Positions 23,381-35,759 of a stretch of 64,000 bases of DNA are shown here, in pieces. The notes beneath the pieces were generated by a model. That model was not told where the DNA came from and ran no database searches. It saw only the letters and a list, made by a program, of their open reading frames with translations. The stretch spans positions 37,882,001 to 37,946,000 of the forward strand of contig NC_088800.1 in the NCBI RefSeq assembly GCF_011386835.1. Reading direction: 5' to 3'. Source of the DNA: Chrysemys picta bellii (Eukaryota). Each line of letters begins with the position of its first letter. Positions within the stretch are counted from its first letter, which is position 1. Both the position numbers and the translations under genes were made by a program.

Positions 23381-23697
23381 CAGCTGTTGTGTTTCCTTCC
23401 TTCCTTTGCTGGATTCCTGATGTCTGCCTCATGCACCGTCACCTTGCATTGCTACTACCTGAAACAGTGGGATCTGACAGCCTGCAAGAGCCCAGGTGGC
23501 TTCAGCAGAGAAGAAAATGTAAGTGAAGAGTGTGGAGGGGATGTTTGCGTCAGTTTGAACCAAATATAGTGAGAGCTGCTGCAAGTTTGCCACTCCCATG
23601 CACCCTCCTAATTCTACCAATGCATCTCAATCTGGACCCGCGGCATCCACAGTCAATCCTGTCTTTTCCCCCTGCCCAACTGCCAATCCCTGATCAT

Positions 23698-23839
23698 CAG
23701 CACCTCTGCTATTCCACTCTGGGGCTCTCACTCTTTTCTGCCAGTGCCCCACTGGCTATGCAGCACCTCTGCTATTCCACTCTGGGGCTCTCACTCTTCT
23801 CTGCCAATGCCCCACTGGCCATGCAGCACCTCTGCTATT
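23698..23839. repeat. 63-bp tandem repeat, about 2.3 copies
   Basis: The unit cagcacctctgctattccactctggggctctcactctt(t/c)tctgcca(g/a)tgccccactggc(t/c)atg starts at 23698, 23761 and 23824 (partial). Confidence 0.95.
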
Positions 23840-24319
23840 TCGGTGTGGATCACCCCACAGCTCTGCCAGTACCAGGACCTGCCTAACTATGGGAGAGAAC
23901 CCGAGTCCTGAATTAGACAAGGAGGTGGTGACCAAAACTCCGCCAAAGAATTCCCCCCTTTTTTTTCTTCAATACAGCTGACATTTCTGGCATCTGATGC
24001 CAACAGCAACTCTAATTCTCAGCTTCCCTGCACCTTCTCTACCGCAGACAGATTTCCCCTGATGCTAAGCATCCTACCAGATCCCAATGGTTTTGATCAG
24101 AGCAAGCAGTGCTCAGCAGGTTTGGAGATCAAGTCTAAATTAGGGCTGGTCTGTCATCTGGAGTTTGGAGTGGGTGGGCCTGGGCAGGGAGAGTGGGAGG
24201 GGAAATAGAGAGTGACAATGTTTCTCTACAGACCAGGGCACCTGTGATGTACACACCCAGTTGGCAGCTTGCGTTCCCAGATTCCAAACCCACTCAGACA
24301 TTCTGGGTTTAAACCGCTG

Positions 24320-24605
24320 ACTGACACTCTCGCCTGACTGAGTCAGAAGCCCACCACCTCACCAACTTGTCTTGTTTTATCCCATGTTGCATGAGAACAG
24401 GTGTTTTCCTTAATGCCCCAGCTCCTGGAGTCATGTGATTCTTTCAGAATCTCAGCTATCATTAAAAAAAAAGTTTCTTCCCCTCTTAGTTGTGGAGAGA
24501 AGCTTGAAAAGGGGCTAACAACTAAAGGCTCCAATAGCAAGAGCTCCCCAAATTATTATTGCTTAAAATCTCATGATTTTTAAGGCCTTATTCGTGAGTT
24601 CTGAA
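24320..24605. mobile_element. Non-autonomous DNA transposon fragment, same family as 13700-13975
   Basis: Shared motifs in inverted orientation. Confidence 0.5.
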
Positions 24606-26884
24606 CACACAGGATCAGCAACACGGGGAGAGCTGTGAAAAAGGGAGCAGGGTGGAGGAGAAAATTTTAATGCAAACAATAAATACAGCCTGCATATCAT
24701 ACGGCGGGTGCCTGCTTAGGCCAAGCTGGCTTTTTAGTGGGGGGGATCGTTCTATCCCTAATGCCGAGTCACGGAGCTTAAGCTCTTTTAAAACTAAGTC
24801 ACAACCGAAGGGAACATCATGGCTCAGCTGATGTGCATAGAGCTCAATAGGAGCCATGCTGATTTACACCTGCTGAGGATCTGGCCCAGACACACGGAAC
24901 TGGAGCCAGACAGATGCCTAAGGAGAGCAAGGATGTGACAGCACCTGCCATCCCTTTGCAACATGAATGTGCTCTATTCCCTTAGAGCAAATGACAATAA
25001 ACTCCAGCCTGTGCCACAGTAAACAAAGCAGCCTCAGCGGGGGCTCCTCTCACCTCCTCTAGGAACAAAAACACACGCTCCAGAAGAGAAAAGAGAAACC
25101 CGACCAGCTCATCTTGCGTCAGCAAATGGAGCTGTCTGCACAGCTCATGTCAGTGCCTTTCCCCACAGACGGGGAGGGAGGGGCAGTTAGGAACACACAG
25201 GACTAAGCAAGCCCAGCAAAGCCCTCCCTACCATGGCATGGCTCTGGATCGAGGGACAGACAGGTCGTGCAATCTCTGGCTGGGAAAGGAGTTGGGGGGA
25301 GATTGGAGCCACTGGCCTTTCACCTCTGGGATGGATGGAAACTTAAGGGGAAAGTGCTTCATCTGTGTCTTGGCAGACATGGCCCCAGGGCTTGGCAAGG
25401 TGGGCTGCAGTTCAGGACAGGGGTGCATGAACACAGCTGGGTGGGTGCCTAGGCCTGGAGCAGCAGGAAATGAGACCGAGGGGCAGTCCAGGACTGGAGT
25501 GCCTGGGACTGAGGTGCATTGTCAGGGTGAGGTGGGCTTTGATATTCATTATCAGCCAGAGAGGAATGCAGACCCCGCTGCATCTCCCCTGGTGAGTATA
25601 ATGCGCTCTGGCAGGTGGCTGTCCTTGGGTGATAACCACCCTGACTGGTTTCCTCTCCCACCGCTGCCTGCCAGGGGCCAGTTCCTGCTGCTTGGCACCC
25701 CATGCGCATTTCCTGTCTGCTGTCTCAAGGCCTGGCGGAATGGGGAGGATTGCGAGGTCAGTGTAAATGGCTATCGAGCTGGCCTCTCCTCCTCAGCTGA
25801 TTGGCTTCCTGGTCATTAGATGCAGCATATTGACTAGAGCCGGAGCTCAGCAAATGGGCTTGTTTCATGCTCGCCTCTGTGGGGCTTGTGGGCTGCTTCC
25901 TCTGGTCTCGTGTCCAAAAGCAACGTGGGAAGGCTGAAGGAGTCGGCTGTGATTTTGGAGGCGGGCCACCAAACAGGCAGCTGGATTCCATGTGTCTTGC
26001 AGCCCACGTGTAGAGGCTGTGGGGAGGTGGGCTGGGGTGGAGGGAATTAAATGAGCCTAGCAGGCAGCAATTTGGAAACACTCACCTCTTGAATTTTCAG
26101 TGCAGCCATGTGCCAGGGAGCCTGCACAACCACCAGGCAGATTTGTACTTGTCGCAAGCCTTATGTTTATTCTCAGAGGGCAGGATACTCATATACTGAC
26201 TCCTCTCGCATCGCCCATCCTCTGGGGAGTCTCTGCCTCTGAGGCTCTATTCGCCGAACGCCTGAGTCTGCAACTCGTAACCAAATGGAGAAGCGCCTAG
26301 GCACGGGAGGGTCACCCTGAACTCCAAATCAGGCCCCCGGAGAATATGTGAGATAAGCCAGCCAGGGGGAGACATTCCACTCTCGCCAAGGGCTGAGTTC
26401 AGTTTCTCGCCGAGTCAGTGCACGCTTCCAGTGTCCCTGCAGGATGTGATGGTCAGCCCAATGCTGGGGTGACCCGACTGCGTGGCCTATTCCCAGTGAA
26501 CAATTCAACTGATGAATTTAGCGCCTTCGTCCTCTCTGTGATTTGCCATAGGGCAGGCCGTTCAGCCTCTGGGCTGCTCACCAGCTGGGCCACCGCCAGC
26601 AAGTCTTTCCGGTGATCCCTCATCAGGCTGGGTGATGACTCTGCAAAGTCACACGGGATTGTTTGCCCTTTGTGACTGGCTGACTGCCCAGCCCATAGAA
26701 ACCTGCGCTAACGTTGCCAGAGTGAACTCTCCTGCCGATCAATATTTTTACAAGCATCTGCAACATCTTCCCCATCCAGCAGCTGGCGCTCAGCTGCACA
26801 GGTTTTCAAAGAGCTGAATTAAAAAGGGTTTGAAAATACTTTGAGGCAAATCCATGGTCTTTATCGAAAGCAGCCTCTCACTAT

Positions 26885-26955
26885 GGGCCTGATCCAGTGC
26901 CCATGAAGTTTACAAGAGTCTTTCCATTGACTTCAAAGGGCTTTGGTTGAGGCCC
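26885..26955. mobile_element. Short palindromic MITE (ccattgacttca family)
   Basis: gggcctgatcc...gaggccc termini flanked by direct tat/tat. Related copies at about 7396, 12573 and 62096. Confidence 0.6.
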
Positions 26956-27130
26956 TATCTTCTAAGGCTTTTCTATAGCACCTAGTGGTAGCTAAGTGGT
27001 GATCAGGTCACTGAAATCCACTACAAACTTAGTACAGACCATGGGTCTGCAAAGATACATGCACGTGTTCAACTTTACACACCGTGAGCTCTCGCATTGA
27101 CAGCTAACAGCTCTAGTGCATGAAGTTAAA

Positions 27131-27898
27131 GGCTATGGCTACACAGTGAAAGCTGGGCAAGGACTGGCCTATCCAAGTCAGCTTGAAGTCAGGTAGTGCA
27201 GGCAATAGAAGAGAAGACATTGCAGTGTGGGCTAGCGAGCCACCTACATACCAGGGTCCATGCAGGGCTTGTACTATCCCTGGTGAAGCAGGAGGAGAGG
27301 GGGAGAGCAGAAGCTCCCTGTGAATAAGGAGACCGAAGAATAGAAGGGAGAGCAAGAGGAGCTACTGAGATGGAGAGGGGGTGAGGAGGCAGCCTACTCC
27401 AGGCTTGGAAAGGGCATCCCGGTAGTTCCTGGGCAGCTGATGCCCAGTGTTCTGTGCTCCCACATCCCTCCTTGGCAGACGGTGCCCTGTGCACCAATGT
27501 CCCCCCTCACTTCCCGCCCAGTGCCGATGCCCTGTCCCCTGCCGCACCTGCTTCTGCCCCTCCCCAGGCCAGGTGTCTCCATCTGGACCAGCGGTGGCTG
27601 GAAGGTGGGACCAGGACTGGGCCAGAGAGTCCTACCTGCTCCCCAGCAGCCAGCCTGATCTCCTGCACTGGGGGCCAGAAGCTGTTCTAGCCCCTTCTCT
27701 GGGCAGGTCCCACTTTCGTGTCCGCAAGAACGGAGGGAGGGGAAACAGAATTTCCATCGCTGGGGCACTAGCCCTGTTTCACTGCACCTGCTGAAGTCTG
27801 CACTGTGCTGTTTTCACTGCTGTTGTTACCTAGGCTAGCTGGATTCAAGCTCATTCAGACCGGCTAGCCTATGCACAGTTTTGCTGTGTAGCCATACT
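27131..27898. mobile_element. Harbinger-like non-autonomous element with a GC-rich internal segment
   Basis: TIRs ggctatggctacacagtgaaagctg / cagttttgctgtgtagccatact. Confidence 0.55.
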
Positions 27899-30884
27899 CT
27901 CAGCCTTTGCTGGATCATAATGGATCCTGCCCAGCCCCTTTCCCAGTTTCTAGGTGTTCTCCTGAGGTTTTCATCTTGTTTGTTATTTAAGATGCCTCTT
28001 TTGTTTGTAGCATTCATCCAGCTCTGCTGCTGAGCTACCAGCACCAGAGACAGAGAGAGAAAGAATCTAGATCAGAAATTGCATTGAAACCAGCCTGTCC
28101 ATTATATATTTCAGTCTCTCCCATCACATGTAATGCTCAGTCTCAAGCAAAACCTTGTCAATACGATGGAATGGGCTTCTTTTTACTTCCCTTAAATTAA
28201 AATCTAATTACATCAAGATGCCTGGAATGGTGGGAAAGATTGAAGATTCCCTGTGGTTCATATGCTAGCTCAACTTTATTTGCCTTTTACTGGCCATCAC
28301 CAGCTAATTAAACTGTGTCAATTTCATTTACCCAGGACAAAGTACAACCACAGAAACCATGTGTGCTCGATTATGGAAGAATAAAACAAAATTTCCCCTG
28401 CCCAACCAGCAGGAAGGATGGATTTGAGAGGGTAGATCCCCGACAGCCAGACCCTGGGGGCTCGGGGGCAGAAACAGATCAGAAAAGCCCACACGGAGAA
28501 GAAGGCGCAGGTAAAGGATACTAGTTCAAGGCGGATTAGCCATCAATCCTAGACAGCCCATGGGCAAGGGGAAGTCAGGCAGAAGTAGTAGTGGAGTGTA
28601 TCCTTTTAAAGAATAGTATTTGGGGGTAGTATCCCTTTAAATAACTTGTGACCCCTCTAGCAGCACTCACTGTGCTTTATACTTTCAAAAGCTGTCAGAA
28701 ACCAGCAGCATGTATGTAGTGATCCATGTGTGTTTATGTATATCCAGTGAACACTTATTTGGGACCCAAATCTGACTGTGTGGTTTCTTCATATAGTCTT
28801 TGGTGTGTAATGAGTAAAAGATACAAAAGTATTGAGAGGCAGGAGGACTTGGACTCAGTCTGGCTGGGAAGTGGCATCTCTGTCACGCCCTCAAACCCAG
28901 AGGCACTAGAAAACGAGGATACTTCATGCTGCACACTTCCTCTGTCTACTTCCCTACACTCTCTACTCCCCAGGAGCAGTCAGCCCAGTATCCCAGGCAA
29001 ATACCCATGCAGGCCATTGTGTTCTGCCTACCTCAGGTCCTCCTGCACTTTAAATTGGAGGAATTTTTATTTTTCACTTCCTGCCCTCAGCTTTTGTGAA
29101 GTCTTGCTGCGTGCTGTAAACAGCTGCTGAATTCTACCCCAGAGAGGGGTGCATTTTAGTGGTAGATAAGGAGATTTACCTACCCACCTTTTTCTTTTTT
29201 TAAAATGCCACCTCTCACAATAGCATTTGAGCACCTTCCATGAGGGAGTAACCAAACTCTCAATAGTCATGAGGTCTAATTCTCTTCCCTGCGGCTGGTC
29301 AGGGCTATGGTTTGGTGTGGATTTGAGGTAATCCATTTCCCGCTTTACTTTCTCTTCTCTGGAACCAGAACCAGTTTCATACAGGCCCATCAGCCACTTT
29401 GGGTTGCTCCTGAGCAGGGCCAGATCTAAACAGTATTCGAATCAGTTTTGTTGTTAACCAGGATGAGAATGGAGCCTATGAGCCACAAACGCCAGCTCAG
29501 ACTGCAGCTTCCCAGGGACGATATTTAATTCTCAGGCCATTTTAACCTCTCAGTGCTCCTCAGAGGAAGATACTCAGTGGCATGCTGTGACAATTTTAAT
29601 AAGGCATGAAACTACTCACATGCATGTCACAGGCAGTCCAGAAAGGCGTCCTCCATGCGGCACGACCTCACACATTTGGTGCACGTGAGGTTACGCTGTG
29701 CAGAGGATACCACTGGACATCGCAGAGTTGGTCGGACACACAGGGCCAATGCCTGCCTGGCATGCATAGACAGCAGGCCACTGGAGAGATTGCAAAGTAA
29801 GGGATTTTCAGAGAGCAGCGCTCAGGGGATGTCCACTGCTGCCCAAGTGTGCACTGTTGCTGCAGAAGTACAAAGCAACTTGGCCTCCCTCCCTCAGGTA
29901 CCTTTGACAAGGCTCAGTTTAGCTCCGGACCCAGTGGGACTCCAAGATCAATTCTCACCTGCACTGAGACAAGCTGTTACTCTTTCCTCCATGAAAGAAG
30001 TTTTGAATCACCTTCCAGACAAAGATTCCATTGTCTCTGCACTGATTTCTGTCAGTCTCCCTTTCCTAGCTCAACAGTGCCCTTGCTGTGCTGCCCCGCT
30101 CCAAAAAAGTGATTCCATTTTTTACTCTTTGCTGTATTCCAAAATATCTTCTGCTTTGTAGCACAAAAGATCCCCCCCTTGCAGTTCTCTCAGCAGAGTC
30201 TCTCCCCCAGCGCATCAGCACTTTTCCATCTCAGCAGGAACAGGGGAGGGTAGGAGAAGAATGGGAAAGATGAATTCATGTGGTTGAGCTACCTCCAAAA
30301 ATCAAGAAGGATCAGCTGTACTGGAGGTCTCAGACACTGAACAATTTTGGCTGGTTTTGGTCATACTTTCGAAAGCAACTTTATTAGTAGGGCTGGTCGA
30401 AATATTTGTTGTGAATAAATTATCCCACGAATGTGACTCTTTATTGCCTGTTCCTTATTTCTGCGAAGGTGACTATGCAGCTAGGAAAGGTTGATGCCTT
30501 TTCTTTTCTGTGTCCCTTCAGTTTTCAAAGCACTTGCCCTCTCTGAATGGAATCCACCAGCCATTTTTGCTCTCAGAGCTCAGTGCAGACTGTCAGAGGA
30601 GCTGCTGCACACTGTGCTCTCTCATGGAGACACTTCGTTCTTTCTTGTTTTCTTAAGACACAACAAAAAATCTTTTTGAGTAACAGTACTGTTTGCTTTT
30701 TGTGCACAGAAAAAAACATGGCTCTTTGTCACAGAGTTTGTAAGAACAATTTACAACCTATGGATTGTTCATGGACTGATCACTTCCACCACTCACAGTT
30801 TGTTATTTGCTGTGGGCACATGGGCACATAAGTCATGTGCTATTGTTTCTGCTTCCTGATTGGATGACTAACTTTATAACCAGG

Positions 30885-31090
30885 GGAATAATAATACCTG
30901 GTTCTTATACAGCAATTTTTAGCTGTAGAGCTCAAGGTGCTTTACAAAGGGCAGTATCATTATACCCATTTTACAGATGGGGAAACTGAGGCACAGGGGA
31001 GGACATTACTTGCCCAAGGCCACCCAGTAAGTGACAAATCCAGGACTTGAACCCACACCAGTGCACAAGCCACTAGGCCATACTGAACAC
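30885..31090 (-). mobile_element. MIR/CORE-SINE, near full length
   Basis: cccattttacagatggggaaactgaggcacag...acttgcccaaggccac...ccactaggccatactg. Confidence 0.85.
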
Positions 31091-32400
31091 TCTTGGTCAT
31101 GCATGAGTACACTTGCTGGGAGGCAAAAACAGCTATTTGTATGAGCAGCCTTTGCCCAAACACCCAAGTCTGGATAAATCCCCATCCCAAATAGCAAATA
31201 ATAAAGGGTACCAACCTGGACAAAGCACACAGCCACTAAGAACTGGAGCAAATGGTCACAAACACCGTCCCTGCAGAATGCCCCTGGGCATAATTACTAG
31301 TGAAGTCCTGGGACACAATCCACAGCTGAGGAAGCAAAGTTCACGCTGAGCTACTTTATGCCTCCTCCCATCCTGGGGTTGGTGGGGGAGGAGCCAACAC
31401 AGCCCTTTGCATAAGTTATATTAGCTATAGGAGTGCTCTAGCTTACACCAACTGGAATAGTCCTCTAGGGACCATTCTGCCTTGCAGGGATTGTGAAGCA
31501 TACGTCCCTCCAGCTCCACCCCGAGAACGAGCCCTTTCACCCCAACCAGTCCCAACATACCCCCTGCACTCCTTAGGATAAGACCTTCGGGTCACTTTGT
31601 GCTTCTCTGAAAGTGCTGAGTGAGCTTAGTACAGAGGCTCTGACCCATGGCTTAGGGCTGCTACTGGACACTCAGATTAGATACCATGGTGATGGGCACA
31701 GTATAAGAACCCGAACAGAATATAATGATGAAAGCCTACAAGCTGTTCATTCACAGAGAGAAATCCCAGAAAGCAACATCTCTTGCTCTGTGACTGGAGG
31801 AGCCCCCAAGACCCCCAAGGTGCCTTTAACGCAGGGAAGGGAAAGATCCTGAAGGGGGAGTGTGTGAAACTCCCAGGGACTGAAGATTAACCTCCCTGAC
31901 ATGAAGCCACCCCCTTTTCCTGAACATTGCCGCAGCTTTGTGCTCAGCCCCTCCCTACAGGAGCGCTCAGAACAAACCGAGTCTGAAATGTAATATATTT
32001 TCGGAACAAATTTGCTTTGTCCTTAAATCTTTTTCTCTCCTGATCGTGAACAAATTTGGTCTCAGAATCTAACATGCATCTAAACAAAACCACGTACAAG
32101 AAAAGCACATTAGCTGCTATCAGGAAAGTTAATTATTTACGTCAGAGGGAAGCTGTGAAGAATCGGTTACTGAGACCAGCCGGGGTGTGCTGTAAACTGC
32201 TGGTGAATTATTCAAGCGCTGATTTTAAGTGATTCCTGAACTAAAGACGGTGGAGATGACGGGGGGAGGGAATTCCAAAAGGCCATTTTAATGAGAAGTC
32301 AGTCACCAGCTTCTCTCCATCCATCTCCTAGGCCACAGCTGCAAAGGATTCTGGGCCCTTTCTTATCAGTTCAATTCCATCGGACACAATTCAGCAAACA

Positions 32401-32414
32401 TTGCCCCCTGGTGA
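32401..32414 (-). promoter_or_regulatory. CTCF-like motif
   Basis: Reverse complement TCACCAGGGGGCAA resembles the CTCF core CCASYAGRKGGCRS. Motif match only. Confidence 0.3.
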
Positions 32415-34188
32415 TAAAGAAGGATGTTTCACTGCAGTGCCTCATCAGGGCTAACTAGGCCTCCAGGAGGATTTTCTTCTGGCAGTGTCCTGTGCAATGC
32501 TGCACAGTGTCAAATCACAGGCCTAATGCACAGCAGCAATTCACAGTGTGCTCTGGGGCTTTGAGAATTGCTAGTGTGGAGGATTTTTTTTTAAGCATTT
32601 GCACCAGTGGCGGGAGCTGTGTCGAAGCAGCCAGAGCGCCTGCAGCATGAGCTTCCTTGCAACAGTACCCTGTCAGCTCTTGTGCTGCATGACTTTCCTC
32701 TCAACACCAAGTCCCCTGCAGCGTGAGCTTTCCCGCAGCGGTGCCCTGTCCATGCCAGCTGGGAATCCAGCAGCGGACGAGTTACCTCAGAGCAGTCTCT
32801 GCTCAGTGCTATGCAGGACTCCATGGTTACTTTCCTCACAGCGGCGTTCTGTCAGTTTGAGGTAGGAATTCAGCTTTCTTATTGCTGTGAATTGTTAATA
32901 CCAGTTGGGACTCCTCACCCCTTGATCTTGCTCAGAATAGTGTCCCATCATGACAGACTTCGATGCACTAGGATTGGGAGCCCCAGCCTCCTCACAGCAT
33001 CCATTGTCCTGTCAGTGCCACCAGGCAGAAATGCCAGCCAAGCTGTCTGCCACATCAGCTGTGTCCTCAGGAACTCCCTCTGTTTGTGCTTCCCCAGCGC
33101 CAGGCCCTTCTGGAACTCTCCACAGCTTCCAGCTCCACAGCTGGTTACATGGCAGGGTCCTGTCAATACCCGCTGGGCCTGGGAGCTACACCCCAGCCAG
33201 CAGTGCTCCATGGCAGTTCCCACTGGGACTTACTTAGTGTCTGTTTCCTTAGACTAACCCTCCGGTGTGAGTCTTGGCCCGATGACAAGGCCTTGAACAA
33301 CCACCCTCTGGCTCTCCCTTGCTTCTGGAGGCTCCCCAGACCTGGCAGGCCTGCCTTGTCCTGGGCACTGTCATTGTCTCCCTCTCAGGTAGCTGTGCTG
33401 GCCCACCAGGTATTGGATGGAACAGGGCTGCTGGGGCACAAGGTAGAAACTGAAGGAGGAGAGCAAGGGCTACCGACCTCACCCTGGAGGATGAATGATG
33501 CCCCTCACCATGTGTTATGTGAAAATAATTTGGGCCCAGGATCAATAGCCCAATCACCAGGAAATTTGGTGATTAGGTGTGGGCATGGGCCTGGCCTGAA
33601 CCTCCACCCCGGCCATACCCAGATGCTGCCTGGTCAGCAATGGACTCAAGTGATCATCTACACTAATGATTGGAGAGCTAAGAGCAGGTTTGCGGGGGAT
33701 GAATCTGAACTAAACAGTGCATCTCACAATGAGGCACCGTTCCGAGGCATGCTCAGAGGAACAAACCCTCTAGCCTGGCCAGTGGAGGAACCCGGTCTCG
33801 TCTCTTATCTGGTTAACAGGAAAAGCACCAAACAGGTGGAGAATGGATATTACTGCTGATTTTAGTTCATTGAAGCCAGACCATTTCACCCTTAAGGCAC
33901 AAAGAGAGACATGAAACACAGCCAAAGCTACCTCCAGGTGAACAAAGCGGCTACCCCCTCTCCCGAGAACGTCCCAATCAAGGCGCTTTCTGACTTAGTG
34001 AGCTCCATTGTGGGGAGGCAGTGCAGGTGTTCCCTAGCCATTTGCATCCTTTAACAATGGCAACCACAGGGCACAAGCCAGACTCACACGTGCAATTAAT
34101 GAATGAAGGAATGAAAATCTAGTTTTGCAACAAATTTTGATATTTCAAAGCTGCTTTTTTTTTTAAAGATTCAAAACTGACCCCTTAT

Positions 34189-34219
34189 TTGGTTGGTTGG
34201 TTGGTTGGTTGGTTGGTTG
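34189..34219. repeat. (TTGG)n microsatellite, about 7.7 units
   Basis: Direct reading. Confidence 0.95.
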
Positions 34220-34412
34220 ACATTTTTGTCAAAGTTGAAATGCTTAAGGACATTACTGAAAACCTGGGGTCTGATAAACGTTTTTGACCAAATGTTGATT
34301 ACGAAGTCACCAATGTCAACACATTTTTTTAAAAGACCATTTATGAACAACAAAAAACATCAACCTGCTCTAATTCCATCAACATATCCCAAGCCATACA
34401 TCACAATGCAGG

Positions 34413-34616
34413 AGCTTGCATCTGCGTAAATTGTTTCAACAGTGAAGGTAACTAACCGGTGGAACAATTTACCAAGGGCCATGGTAGATTCTCCATTGCT
34501 GAATATTTCTGAATCAAGGCGAGATTTTTTTTAAATCTCTGCTTTAGTTCAAAAGGAATTATTTTGTGGGAGCTCTATGGCCTGTGTTATATCAGAGGTC
34601 AGATTGGAATTCACAT
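34413..34616 (+). mobile_element. 5'-truncated older CR1 fragment with possible 13-bp TSD
   Basis: CR1-like ggtagattctccattgct...ggcctgtgttatatcagaggtcag. Flanked by atcacaatgcagg at 34400-12 and 34617-29. Confidence 0.65.
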
Positions 34617-34667
34617 ATCACAATGCAGGGGCCTTGTGAAAGCAGATAGCCCTATGCAGCTCCTTGG

Positions 34668-35759
34668 TAATGTTGATAAAAGCGAGGTAATGTACACCTG
34701 AAAACATAATCCCAGCTACCCATACAAAATGATGGGGTCTAAATTAGCTATTGCCCCTCAAGAAAGAGTTCTTGGCGTCATTGTCGATAGTTCTCTGGAA
34801 ACATCCACTCAATATGCAGCAGCAATCAATAAAGCAAACAGAATGTTAGGAACCACTAGGAAAGGGATAGATAATAAGAGAAAATATCATATTGCCTCTA
34901 TATAAAGCCATGGTACCCTCACATCTTGAATACTGTGTGCAGTTCTGGTCACCCTATCTCAAAAAAAATATATTAGAATTGGAAAAGGTACAGAAAAGGG
35001 CAACAAAAATAATTAGAGGGACGGAACAGCTTCCGTATGAGGAGAGATTAAAAAGACTGGGACTGTTCAGCTTGAAAAAGAGACAACTAATGGGGGGTAT
35101 GATAGAGGGCTATAAAATCTTGACGGCATGGAGAAAGTAATAAGGAAGTGTTATTTATTCCTTCACATAACACAAAAACTAGAGGTCACCCAATGAAATT
35201 AATAGGCAGCAGGTTTAAAACAAACAAAAGGAAGTATTTCTTCACACAATGCACAGTCAACCTGTGGAACTCGCTGTCAGGGGATGTTGTGGAGGCCAAA
35301 ACTATAACAGGGTTCAAAAAAGAACTAGATACACCTCTAGCCCAATATAACGCTGTTCTTGGGAGCCAAAAAATCTTACTGCGTTATAGGTGAAACCGCG
35401 TTATATCAAACTTGCTTTGAGCGCACAGCCCCGCCCCCCCTGGAGCACTGCTTTACCGCGTTATATCCAAATTCATGTTATATCGGGTCAGGTTATATCG
35501 GGGTAGAGGTGTAGGTTGGAGGATAGGTCCATCAATGTCTATGAGCCAGGATGGTCAGGGATGAAACCCCATGCTCTGTGTCCCTAAACCTCTGACGGTC
35601 ATAAACTGGTTCTGGATGACAGAAGATGGATCACTCTATAAATTGCTCTGTTCTGTTCCTTCCCTCTGAAGCATCTGGCACTGGCAACTGTTGGAAGATA
35701 GGCTACTGGGCTAGACCAACCATTGGTCTGACCCAGTATGGCCGTTCTCATGTTCTTAT
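34668..35759 (+). mobile_element. CR1 LINE 3' 1.1 kb (degenerate ORF2 C-terminus plus 3' UTR)
   Basis: Translation [41 protein letters not shown]...YEERLKRLGLFSL and TRGHPMKL...KRKYFFTQ, typical of CR1 ORF2. Frameshifts and stops are present. Confidence 0.95.
35332..35511. mobile_element. Tc1/mariner (Tigger-like) MITE inserted in CR1
   Basis: TIRs cacctcta(g/c)cc(c)(a/g)atataac. TA TSD at 35330-31 and 35512-13. Confidence 0.88.

Noticed and set aside
26453-26560. Resemblance of ITERTKALNSSVELF to the CAS-family C-terminal helix
   Set aside because: The conserved YPS motif and upstream helices are absent. Generic amphipathic similarity only, so no gene name is assigned.
29670-29760. GRHW...QWYPL resembling a C2/synaptotagmin C-terminus
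   Set aside because: Spacing and intervening residues do not match, and there are no upstream C2 exons.
33086-33859. Longest ORF (257 aa)
   Set aside because: No domain, no clear exon boundaries and random-like composition.
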